Source: a bacterium (lineage in GTDB: Bacteria > Patescibacteriota > Saccharimonadia > CAILAD01 > BJGX01). Taken from it: a stretch of DNA of 32,081 nucleotides. The DNA lies in contig JBAXMM010000001.1 in NCBI GenBank assembly GCA_037134295.1, positions 1 through 32,081 of the forward strand, read 5' to 3'. A program made the position numbers and the translations under genes. Below, piece by piece: positions 1-7,650 of this stretch (its first letter is position 1; each line of letters opens with the position of its first letter). Under the pieces are notes generated by a model, which saw only the letters and a program-made list of their open reading frames with translations, was not told where the DNA came from and made no database searches.

Positions 1-356
1 GCAAAGGTGCCTTGGTAGTAGACATGGGTAGCGGTGATGGTCGTATCTTGCTCTCGGCCGTTAAGCACGGTTATAGAGCACTTGGCTACGAGCTCAATCC
101 GTTTTTGGCCTTATTTTCGCGACTTCGCCTCAGAAAACAACCCGATGCCAAGATTGTCATAAGCGACTACTGGAGTGGTGATGTCACTAAAGCTAGTGTG
201 GTATTCGTTTTTAGCGCTACACCCTTTATGGCTAGGCTTTATGACAAGCTTAAAGCCGAGCTTAAGCCTGGAGCAATGGTAATATCTTATGGGTTTAGTT
301 TTGAGGGAATTAAGATCGACCAAAAAATAGGTTCTGCCAACATCTATCAGTTTTGA
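1..356 (+). CDS. Class I SAM-dependent methyltransferase, C-terminal part (5' end lies upstream of the window; reading frame 3)
   Basis: ORF is open from the window edge. Translation [17 protein letters not shown] matches Rossmann motif I (D-x-G-x-G-x-G) of AdoMet methyltransferases. Stop at 354-356. Confidence 0.6.
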   Translation, partial: KGALVVDMGSGDGRILLSAVKHGYRALGYELNPFLALFSRLRLRKQPDAKIVISDYWSGDVTKASVVFVFSATPFMARLYDKLKAELKPGAMVISYGFSFEGIKIDQKIGSANIYQF

Positions 357-381
357 GCTCGTGGCATCGTTGTAGTATAAT
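353..381 (+). promoter_or_regulatory. Candidate sigma-70-type promoter for the peroxiredoxin gene
   Basis: TTGAGC (353-358), 17-nt spacer, TATAAT (376-381). It would give a ~145-nt leader before the ATG at 532. Confidence 0.35.
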
Positions 382-531
382 TAAGCCTATGATTGAATGA
401 AAAGTCATTGAAATACAAATCCTTAGCTGGTCTATATTAACGCAAACTCAGCTAGCATCACGGCATTTATACCGCCGACCGAGAGGTGGATTTAAAAAAA
501 TCATTAAAATTAATTTTAAAAGGAGAAACCA

Positions 532-1062
532 ATGTTAAGACTAAACCAACCAGCCCCAGACTTTAAACTTCCGGCTTATCAAAAAGGCATCAAGGACGAC
601 TACCGTGACCTCAGCCTTAAAGACTTTAAGGGCAAATGGATTATTCTGTTTTTTTACCCCCGCGATTTTACTTTTGTATGTCCAACCGAAATTGAGGGAT
701 TTGCAAAAATGGAAAAAGAATTTGAAAAAATTAACACTCAAATATTAGCAGCCAGCACCGATAGCATATTTTCGCACAAGGCGTGGTTCGAGAGAGATCT
801 CCAGGACGTCGGCTTCCCAATTGTAGCCGATACAGCCCACTCACTAACACGAGCTTATGAAATACTCAAAGAGGACAGCGGAGAAGCCGAACGTGGAACC
901 TTTATTATAGACCCCGAAGGTAACCTGCGTTATGTCGTAATGTCTGACGACAGTGTCGGAAGAAGCGTCGAGGAGACAATGCGAGTCGTAAAGGCCCTCC
1001 AGACTGGCGGACTCTGTCCGGTCGATTGGGCTCCGGGCGAATCTAATCTTAAGAAAGACTAA
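532..1062 (+). CDS. Typical 2-Cys peroxiredoxin (AhpC/Tsa family)
   Basis: Peroxidatic Cys motif FTFVCPTEI and resolving Cys motif GGLCPVDW. RBS AAGGAG lies 8 nt upstream of the ATG. Confidence 0.9.
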   Translation: MLRLNQPAPDFKLPAYQKGIKDDYRDLSLKDFKGKWIILFFYPRDFTFVCPTEIEGFAKMEKEFEKINTQILAASTDSIFSHKAWFERDLQDVGFPIVADTAHSLTRAYEILKEDSGEAERGTFIIDPEGNLRYVVMSDDSVGRSVEETMRVVKALQTGGLCPVDWAPGESNLKKD

Positions 1063-1064
1063 TA

Positions 1065-1784
1065 ATGGAAGCCCAAAACCCACTAAACAATCCGGAATCT
1101 CCAGCACCAGGGCCTGGCTTGCCAGACCCAATGAGTATGAACATCCAAAAACCCGGAAAAAAGAATACGGGCCTGATTTTAGCAATAGGCCTAGGCGCCG
1201 GGGTCGTATTGTTACTATTGGTGGCTTTAATTGTGGTTTCGGCAAACAGCTCCAAGGTCAAAAAAGCTGATCTAGACGCCCAGTATAAAAAAGGACTAGC
1301 GCAAGGAGTAGCCGACCAAACTGTTGTATCTAACAACGAGCTTTTGGCCCAAGCTTATGTCTATAAATCGCCGGCTGAGTTCGGTAGTTTTGAGCTGCCT
1401 ATTCCTAAGCTCTGGAGCTGGTCTATTGAGCCCAAGCCAACTGATGGCACAATCACAGGTATCGCCGACCCAAATTATATCGATCAAAGCTCCGATCTGC
1501 ATGGTTTTAACCTGGAACTTAAAAGAGCCGATTACGACAAAATTGTTAAGGACTACGATGATAAATCTAAAAAAATAGGTAGCGACGTTAAGGCCTCAGA
1601 TTACGTAGTCTCAGGTATTAAGGGGCGTAAGTATGTTGGTACATTTGATTCTAAAATTAAGCTCAAGTCTGAGGTGGTTGTGATACCTCTACGAGAGAAA
1701 ATAATGGTATTAAGTACTAGTGACTCTGCTAAGTATGGCGCTATATTCGAAGGCATCTTGGCCGGTATGAAATTAGTACCATAA
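1065..1784 (+). CDS. Hypothetical membrane-anchored protein (Pro-rich N-terminus, one TM helix, ~170-aa extracytoplasmic domain)
   Basis: 239-aa ORF starting 2 nt after the peroxiredoxin stop. Hydrophobic segment GLILAIGLGAGVVLLLLVALIVV. No family motif recognised. Confidence 0.6.
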   Translation: MEAQNPLNNPESPAPGPGLPDPMSMNIQKPGKKNTGLILAIGLGAGVVLLLLVALIVVSANSSKVKKADLDAQYKKGLAQGVADQTVVSNNELLAQAYVYKSPAEFGSFELPIPKLWSWSIEPKPTDGTITGIADPNYIDQSSDLHGFNLELKRADYDKIVKDYDDKSKKIGSDVKASDYVVSGIKGRKYVGTFDSKIKLKSEVVVIPLREKIMVLSTSDSAKYGAIFEGILAGMKLVP

Positions 1785-1797
1785 TAAAAGCTTACGC

Positions 1798-2454
1798 TTG
1801 CTCTATAGGTCACACAAAAGCTATGCTAGGCTCATGCTATTTGATTACGACTACTTTAATTTTATCCTGTCCGAACTAGTCGGTAGGATAGCCTCTGACC
1901 AACTCATAATCGAAGATGCTCTCGGTCAAAGCAAAGCCAAAACCAAAGCTCCGAGGCTTTTGAAAATATTAGTTAAGCGTAACAAGATCAATATTGACCT
2001 CTTGAGCCAGCTGCTGTTTATTAGCAGACAAATAGGCGATTTTAGTGCCCGAACTGCCAATCTGGTAGAAGCTATTGCTCTGGCAGAATCGTCATTTCAG
2101 GGTGTCACAGTACGGATTCGCACCGACAGAGTTAAGCCTCTCGTCGATGTCATGGGCGAGGTTAGGGCCATATCGTCGATAATCAGGATCATCCTCGATA
2201 TCATAATCCTCGAAGATCTCCACTCCAAAGACCTCAGTATCGGATTGCGCCGAAGAGGCGACTATGTGACAGTCCGAATAGCTGGCTCTAAGGCCCTTAG
2301 TACCAACCAATTCCTGAAGGATGTGGTTGATTTTGTAGATAAATTAATCAAGACCTATGGAGGGAGTGTCAGGTTTGTGAATTATCAGGGCCAAAGAGTT
2401 GTGTTTATAAGAATGCAGCTGTCTAATCAGATTCCACTTCTGTACAATAAGTAG
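1798..2454 (+). CDS. Degenerate histidine-kinase-like protein (DHp/CA-like, no TM, no conserved His or ATP-lid glycines); alternative in-frame ATG start at 1834
   Basis: C-terminus KTYGGSVRFVNYQGQRVVFIRMQL resembles the G2-box end of HATPase_c. LLFISRQIGDFSARTANLVEAI sits where the H-box (SHELRTP) would be. Stop is 1 nt before the receiver gene start. Confidence 0.45.
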   Translation: MLYRSHKSYARLMLFDYDYFNFILSELVGRIASDQLIIEDALGQSKAKTKAPRLLKILVKRNKINIDLLSQLLFISRQIGDFSARTANLVEAIALAESSFQGVTVRIRTDRVKPLVDVMGEVRAISSIIRIILDIIILEDLHSKDLSIGLRRRGDYVTVRIAGSKALSTNQFLKDVVDFVDKLIKTYGGSVRFVNYQGQRVVFIRMQLSNQIPLLYNK

Positions 2455-2455
2455 C

Positions 2456-2839
2456 ATGAAGCAGTCCGTATTAATTGTAGAAGACGACACTCTTTTAGCA
2501 GAGGTCTACCATCAGTCACTTAAAGCCGAAGGTATTAGGTCGGTTGTAGCTAAAGATTTTTTTGAAGCCCTGGCAAAGTTTAAGCCTCGCCAGCATGCCC
2601 TAATAGTACTCGACATCATGTTAGGACAAAAGAATGGCTTCGAACTCCTCAAGACCCTCAGACGGCAGCCAGGCGGTGATAGGTTTTCAGTTATGATCGT
2701 TACCGGCCTCAATACCGATGAGCTAAATATGAATAAAGAACTGATGGTTGGGCTAAATATTGTCGGCATTTATACTAAGAGCCAATTCTCGATTGCCCAG
2801 TTCGTGGATCTGGTAAAGCTATATAGCGGGCAAAAATGA
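2456..2839 (+). CDS. Single-domain response regulator (CheY-like receiver only)
   Basis: VLIVEDD acidic pocket, phospho-acceptor Asp in LIVLDIML, Thr in MIVTG, Lys in IYTKS. No output domain. Confidence 0.85.
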   Translation: MKQSVLIVEDDTLLAEVYHQSLKAEGIRSVVAKDFFEALAKFKPRQHALIVLDIMLGQKNGFELLKTLRRQPGGDRFSVMIVTGLNTDELNMNKELMVGLNIVGIYTKSQFSIAQFVDLVKLYSGQK

Positions 2840-3573
2840 AGCAAGTTGAGCTGACAGGGTTTATTGTTGGCAGAAAAAGCCTTAAAGACGCCGACAAAAT
2901 CATCACTGTCTTTAGTCAAGAGCAGGGTAAAACAAGTTTTATTGCCAAGGGAATCAAAAAACCCACAGCAAAATTACAATCACACATGGAACCATTGGTA
3001 GAGAGCAAGTTTCAGGTTCTAGGCACATCAAAACTGCCGACCGTAGTAGGCGCCAGAGCAATCGGTCAAAACTTATTCTCGGCCAAGTCTCTTGAAATAA
3101 ATATCAGCGCTTTATTACTGACCGAGGTAGTAGCCCTGGTGACTGCCGAACAGATGCCAAACCAAAAGCTATATCTAAGCTACCGCGAGAGCCTAATTGA
3201 TATCGCTACCAATAGTAAAACTGCGCTGCTACTCAACTACGGGCTAATTGGCATCATGCAGACCTCTGGCATAGCGCCCGATATTCAGTGGCAAGAAGGC
3301 TCGAGAAGCTGTTATTTAAACTTTTCAGAAGGAAGCCTAAGCAATTCCAAGGTGGGCGCTACAAGCTCGGTTATCGATATGGATGTCGCCAAGCTCTGGA
3401 AGATTTGTATGTCACACCCCAAAACAACCGTTTTGCGGCTAAGCGTTAGCAGTTTAGTACTTGGCAAATCGCTAAATCTAATCATTGATTATTTGCAGTA
3501 CAACCTAGAGCGCAAAATAAAAAGTGTAAAAGTTATGTCTGAGAGCACAAATCTTTTGCATGGCAGTGTTTAG
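2836..3573 (+). CDS. recO: DNA repair protein RecO
   Basis: N-terminal OB-fold signature MKQVELTGFIVGRKSLKDADKIITVFSQEQGKTSFIAKG. Length 245 aa. ATGA overlap with the upstream gene. Confidence 0.75.
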   Translation: MKQVELTGFIVGRKSLKDADKIITVFSQEQGKTSFIAKGIKKPTAKLQSHMEPLVESKFQVLGTSKLPTVVGARAIGQNLFSAKSLEINISALLLTEVVALVTAEQMPNQKLYLSYRESLIDIATNSKTALLLNYGLIGIMQTSGIAPDIQWQEGSRSCYLNFSEGSLSNSKVGATSSVIDMDVAKLWKICMSHPKTTVLRLSVSSLVLGKSLNLIIDYLQYNLERKIKSVKVMSESTNLLHGSV

Positions 3574-3585
3574 CTGAGGTATAAT

Positions 3586-4956
3586 ATGGTCATGAATAAA
3601 TCAAAAAACAAATTATCGATGGAAGAGCTAACAAGTTATGCCAAGAGGCGTGGCTTTGTATTCCAAGCTTCAGATATCTACGGTGGCTTAGCAGGATTTT
3701 GGGACCTCGGACCATACGGATCAGAGTTGGCGGACAATATTAAGTCAAGTTGGTGGAAGAATTTTGTATATAAAAAATCCAATGTTGTTGGTATCAATAC
3801 TGCCATCATTCAAAATCCAAAACTCTGGAAGGCTAGCGGCCACATCGAAACCTTTGTCGACCCAATGGTAGATTGCAAGCAGTGTCAACATCGTTTTAGA
3901 GCTGATCACCTTGCAGGAGTTGATACTAATGACCTCAAAAAGCTCGATGAAAAACTAGAAGAGCTAGCTTGCCCAAGTTGTGATGCTAAGCACTCTTTTA
4001 CGCCATCTAGAACCTTCCAGATGATGTTCAAGACTTCGGTCGGACCAGTGCAAGATGCCTCCAATGAAGCATATCTTAGGCCCGAAACTGCTGGCGGTAT
4101 TTTTTCACAGTACGAAAATGTTCGTGAGACTACCCGTAAAAAACTACCATTCGGTATCGCCCAAATAGGTAAGGCTTTTAGGAACGAAATAACGCCTGGT
4201 GATTTTATCTTTCGCCTACGTGAGTTTAGTCAAATGGAACTAGAAGTATTCACCCACCCCGACCAAGCCAAAGACCAATACGCAGCCTCCAAAGTGGCAG
4301 CTATGGATTGGCTACTAAGTCTCGGACTAAGCCAGGAAAATCTTCAGTATCACGACCATGCCGATGATGAGAGGGCACACTATGCCGAGTCAAGCGTCGA
4401 TATCCAATACCAGTACCCATTTGGTTTCAAAGAGCTCTACGGCATAGCTAATCGTACCGATTACGACCTGAAGGCGCACTCTAAAGAGAGCGGCAAAGAC
4501 CTGTCTTATTTTGACGAGGCTTCTGGCGAGCGCTTTTTGCCATATGTGATAGAGCCATCAGTCGGAGTCGAGAGACTATTAATGGCTGTTATGCTTGACG
4601 CATATGATAAGGAAGAAGTTAACGGGGAGGAGCGTATCGTAATGCGCTTCGCACCAGAGATTGCTCCTGTAAAAGTAGCTGTACTGCCACTTAGCAAAAA
4701 ACCTGAGCTATCCAAGTTGGCCAATGAAGTGTTCGATACAGTAGCGGGCAACTATAATGTCGAGTACGACGAAACTCAAAGTATTGGCAAGCGCTATCGC
4801 CGTCAAGACGAGATTGGAACACCATACTGTGTGACAGTCGATTTTGAAAGCCTCGAAGACAAAGCCGTTACAGTACGCGAACGCGACACGATGGAGCAAG
4901 AACGTATCAAAATAAGCGAGCTAAGGGCTTATCTGGACGAAAAGCTAGATCTCTAA
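3586..4956 (+). CDS. glyQS: Glycine--tRNA ligase, dimeric alpha2 type
   Basis: RRGFVFQASDIYGGLAGFWDLGPYG, YLRPETAGGIF, FRNEITPGDFIFRLREFSQMELE and a C-terminal anticodon-binding domain. GAGGT RBS upstream. Confidence 0.92.
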   Translation: MVMNKSKNKLSMEELTSYAKRRGFVFQASDIYGGLAGFWDLGPYGSELADNIKSSWWKNFVYKKSNVVGINTAIIQNPKLWKASGHIETFVDPMVDCKQCQHRFRADHLAGVDTNDLKKLDEKLEELACPSCDAKHSFTPSRTFQMMFKTSVGPVQDASNEAYLRPETAGGIFSQYENVRETTRKKLPFGIAQIGKAFRNEITPGDFIFRLREFSQMELEVFTHPDQAKDQYAASKVAAMDWLLSLGLSQENLQYHDHADDERAHYAESSVDIQYQYPFGFKELYGIANRTDYDLKAHSKESGKDLSYFDEASGERFLPYVIEPSVGVERLLMAVMLDAYDKEEVNGEERIVMRFAPEIAPVKVAVLPLSKKPELSKLANEVFDTVAGNYNVEYDETQSIGKRYRRQDEIGTPYCVTVDFESLEDKAVTVRERDTMEQERIKISELRAYLDEKLDL

Positions 4957-4957
4957 G

Positions 4958-5455
4958 CTAGACTTTAAACACAATTCCAACCACAATTCCGATTGATGTA
5001 GCTATCCCACCAATTACCAGAACTTCAAGCGCTGACTTCAGGGGATTTAATTTTGTTAGCTTACCCTTTACTATGCCCAGTATAGCAAGGCCAACTAGAG
5101 CGAGCATAACACTTATTGGTATGGCCTGCGCCGGAGCGAGGAATAAGTAAGGAGCCAAAGGCACTAAGCCTGCTACGACATACGATAAAAATATCAGTAA
5201 CCCGCTAATCTTTGGGTTAGCGGGGAGTTTTAGTTTCTCTATTTCCTCCTCAGTTTCTTCACTAATAAACTCGCTGGCTCCCATCGAGGTCGATTCGACA
5301 GCAATAATAACAAGGGCAGTGAGCAGTATAACGGACCTGTTGCCTGACCCAATGGCGATACCTGCCAGTGCGCCGGTTGTTGATATTAAGCTGTCTTCAA
5401 CTCCGAAAAATGCACTATGAATGTAGTCTGGTTGAATCTTTTTTAAGTGTCTCAT
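4958..5455 (-). CDS. VIT1/CCC1-family (iron/manganese transporter-like) membrane protein, short form
   Basis: FGVEDSLISTTGALAGIAIG motif typical of VIT-family TM1; 4-5 hydrophobic helices; 165 aa. Confidence 0.6.
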   Translation of the reverse strand: MRHLKKIQPDYIHSAFFGVEDSLISTTGALAGIAIGSGNRSVILLTALVIIAVESTSMGASEFISEETEEEIEKLKLPANPKISGLLIFLSYVVAGLVPLAPYLFLAPAQAIPISVMLALVGLAILGIVKGKLTKLNPLKSALEVLVIGGIATSIGIVVGIVFKV

Positions 5456-5479
5456 AAAACTATTATAGCAAACATTTTA

Positions 5480-5612
5480 AGTGGGTAATTCGTATTTTGT
5501 TCGTATATTAAGCATATAAAGTATGGTATTTAGCATATAAAAAAGTATCTAAAAACCCTTTACAGTGGGTAGTAAGGAGTAGTACAATAGTTCCAGTGGG
5601 TAAAAGTGGGTA
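5480..5612 (+). promoter_or_regulatory. Four direct AGTGGGTA boxes (candidate MraZ operator array)
   Basis: GTGGGTA at 5481-5487, 5565-5571, 5596-5602 and 5606-5612, each preceded by A. Offsets of 84, 31 and 10 bp are close to whole helical turns. Confidence 0.55.
5559..5588 (+). promoter_or_regulatory. dcw (mraZ) promoter
   Basis: TTTACA (5559-5564), 18-nt spacer, TACAAT (5583-5588). One GTGGGTA box fills the start of the spacer and two lie just downstream. Confidence 0.55.
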
Positions 5613-5626
5613 ACAAAAGAGAAACA

Positions 5627-5977
5627 ATGGATTACTTCGAAAGAAAACTAGACGACAAAAATAGGCTTACAATTCCTAGCGAATTGCAAAGCGAATTAGG
5701 AAACGAAGTAGTAGTTACCCAGGGCTTCGGCCAATACCTGCACCTTTACTCCAAGACGGTTTGGGACAGCGAAATGGAAACCGCACTATCAGGCGACATT
5801 CTAGATGAATCGATCGCCGATTTGAATGTTAAATTCAGAATAGGCAAATCTATTTCTAAGCTTGATTCCAAGCAGGGGAGAGTTACATTAGAAGCCCACC
5901 AAATGGCTTTACTTAGCAATGCTCGCGCAGTTGTGTTGGTTCGCGCCGGCAAATACTGGCGAATCGCACCAAAGTAA
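5627..5977 (+). CDS. mraZ: Transcriptional regulator MraZ
   Basis: Two DxxxR-type repeats (LDDKNRLTIPSEL and LDSKQGRVTLEAH) and position at the head of the dcw cluster. ATG 5627 is preferred over GTG 5606, which lies inside an operator box. Confidence 0.85.
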   Translation: MDYFERKLDDKNRLTIPSELQSELGNEVVVTQGFGQYLHLYSKTVWDSEMETALSGDILDESIADLNVKFRIGKSISKLDSKQGRVTLEAHQMALLSNARAVVLVRAGKYWRIAPK

Positions 5978-6270
5978 AGCTATCCGATGGACTTATAATA
6001 GCCGGATCCTTAAAAACAAAAATAAAAATCAAAACACAAAGTTAACTATTTGGCAGTCAGTAAGCGTTTCTGGAGGGTGACGCTTAAATAAAGACCCTAG
6101 CATCTTATGAAACAATATAAAACTCCACCTCACAAACTATCTCACACACTCAATAAGGACTCATTAAAGTCCTTACCACATAGCGGTTCAAGCGCCAAAA
6201 GCCTTGAGCCCTTTAACCAAAAAACAAAAACAAAAACCAATAACTGGCTGCTAAATAGGTGACCTTGACA

Positions 6271-7167
6271 ATGAAATTACACAAACCAGTATTACTAGAG
6301 CAAACCATCGAGCTGCTAAATCTTAAAAGTGGCGAGACGGTCATAGACATGACAGCCGGGTACGGTGGGCACTCCGAGAAGATTCTCGGCCTCATCGGTC
6401 CAGCCGGACGATTAATACTAGTCGATACAGACATCGAAGCAATTGAGGAACTTAAAAATAAGTTTTCAGATAGCTCAAATGTAGAATATATACATAGCAA
6501 TTTTGCAGATATCGACTGGGATAGTGTCGGAAGGGTAGATAAAGTGCTGTTGGATATTGGAGTTTCATCTCCGCAGCTCGACCAAGCCAATCGCGGATTT
6601 AGTTTTAGCCAAGAGGCTAATCTGGATATGCGTATGAACCAAGACCAAGAGCTTACTGCAGAGATGGTCGTAAACCAGTATTCCGAGGAAGACCTTGCTA
6701 GTGTCATATACCGCTACGGTGAAGAAACTAGGTCCAGGCGAATTGCTTCAGCGATAGTCGCCGAGCGCCAGCTAGAGCCAGTCAAAACCACCAAACAGCT
6801 AGCATCGATCGTCTCTGGCGTCTTGCCGGGCAATTCAAAAATAAACCCAGCCACCAAGACCTTCCAAGCCATACGCATTGAAGTCAATCAAGAGCTAGCA
6901 AATCTTCTAAAGACATTGCCACTAGCTGCCGCAAACCTCAAAAAGAATGGTCGTCTAGCTGTCATCAGCTTTCATAGCCTTGAAGACAGAATAGTAAAAC
7001 AGTACTTCAAAGAAATTACTACAGGCATCAAAGACCTGGTAACTGGTAGTGAAATAAGCTCACCAAACTATAGGCTAGTTAATAAAAAGCCTATCAAGGG
7101 ATCAATCAAAGATAACAACCCACGAGCCCGGAGTGCAAAACTCCGTCTCGTCGAAAAAATAAACTAA
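6271..7167 (+). CDS. rsmH: 16S rRNA (cytosine1402-N4)-methyltransferase RsmH (MraW)
   Basis: HKPVLLEQTIELL, DMTAGYGGHS, DIGVSSPQLD, SFHSLEDRIVK, NPRARSAKLR. AGGTGA RBS 8 nt before ATG 6271 (in-frame GTG at 6259 is an alternative). Confidence 0.93.
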   Translation: MKLHKPVLLEQTIELLNLKSGETVIDMTAGYGGHSEKILGLIGPAGRLILVDTDIEAIEELKNKFSDSSNVEYIHSNFADIDWDSVGRVDKVLLDIGVSSPQLDQANRGFSFSQEANLDMRMNQDQELTAEMVVNQYSEEDLASVIYRYGEETRSRRIASAIVAERQLEPVKTTKQLASIVSGVLPGNSKINPATKTFQAIRIEVNQELANLLKTLPLAAANLKKNGRLAVISFHSLEDRIVKQYFKEITTGIKDLVTGSEISSPNYRLVNKKPIKGSIKDNNPRARSAKLRLVEKIN

Positions 7168-7320
7168 ACAAAAACAAAAGGAGTCCGAATATGAGTATCG
7201 TAGTCAAAGACCAATCCCCACGAGCCCGAAAGCTTAAGGTTCGAGTAGTTAAATAGTTTAGGTTACCAACAAAAACAAAAACAAAAACAAAAAAATAAAA
7301 ACAAATAAGGAGCCCTCATG
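7106..7320 (+). repeat. Tandem ~98-bp duplication of the rsmH 3' end plus its A/C-rich leader and RBS
   Basis: TCAAAGATAACAACCCACGAGCCCGGA (7106-) versus TCAAAGACCAATCCCCACGAGCCCGAA (7204-). Each copy is followed by a stop, a CAAAA-rich tract, AAGGAG(T/C)CC and an ATG (7191 and 7318). Confidence 0.7.
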
Positions 7321-7644
7321 TCCACAGCAGCAATGTCATTACGAAAAAATCAGAATATCGTCAAAAACAAGATTAAGTTTCAGACCGGACCAGTATCGGC
7401 ATCTTTGATGCTCATAGGTCTAGTGATATTGTTGGGTTTGATGTATCTTAATCAGGTGACCAAAACTCAAACATTCAATTATAAAATATCAAATCTAGAG
7501 CACAAACAGGGCGAACTACAAACTACTAAAGACAACCTGAGTATCGACGCAGCGCGTTTACAATCGATTGCAGAGGCCAAAAAAGCTGCCCAGACGGCCC
7601 AGCTATCAGCTGTCAAAACAGTTTCTTACGCCACCGCTCATTAG
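7318..7644 (+). CDS. ftsL: FtsL-like cell division protein (single TM plus coiled coil)
   Basis: Position between rsmH and ftsI. TM segment ASLMLIGLVILLGLMYL followed by a heptad-like region. AAGGAG RBS. Confidence 0.55.
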   Translation: MSTAAMSLRKNQNIVKNKIKFQTGPVSASLMLIGLVILLGLMYLNQVTKTQTFNYKISNLEHKQGELQTTKDNLSIDAARLQSIAEAKKAAQTAQLSAVKTVSYATAH

Positions 7645-7650
7645 GCTCAT

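Noticed and set aside
5606-5626. GTG start for mraZ given by the ORF track
   Set aside because: The GTG is part of the repeated GTGGGTA operator box. The in-frame ATG at 5627 gives a normal MraZ N-terminus (MDYFERKLDDKNRLTIP).
6107-6262. 51-codon ORF in the mraZ-rsmH spacer (MKQYKTPPHKLSHTLNKDS...)
   Set aside because: It has no Shine-Dalgarno sequence. It is low-complexity Lys/Thr/Ser-rich and is read partly through the CAAAA-rich tract. It is more likely a non-coding leader, and only ribosome profiling could rescue it.
6213-6707. Long antisense ORFs: 6213-6707, 8257-8715, 8505-8879, 9897-10256, 12382-12861, 12792-13226, 23648-24091 and 31152-31646
   Set aside because: Each lies opposite a confidently identified conserved gene (rsmH, ftsI, mraY, murG, ftsQ, der, FNR-like). 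None has recognisable motifs or an RBS, so they are typical shadow frames.
7268-7306. A/C-rich tandem repeats as a possible CRISPR array or minisatellite
   Set aside because: The repeat unit is only 6 nt, there are no spacers, and the tract sits in a 5' leader. It is a simple microsatellite-like tract, not a CRISPR array.
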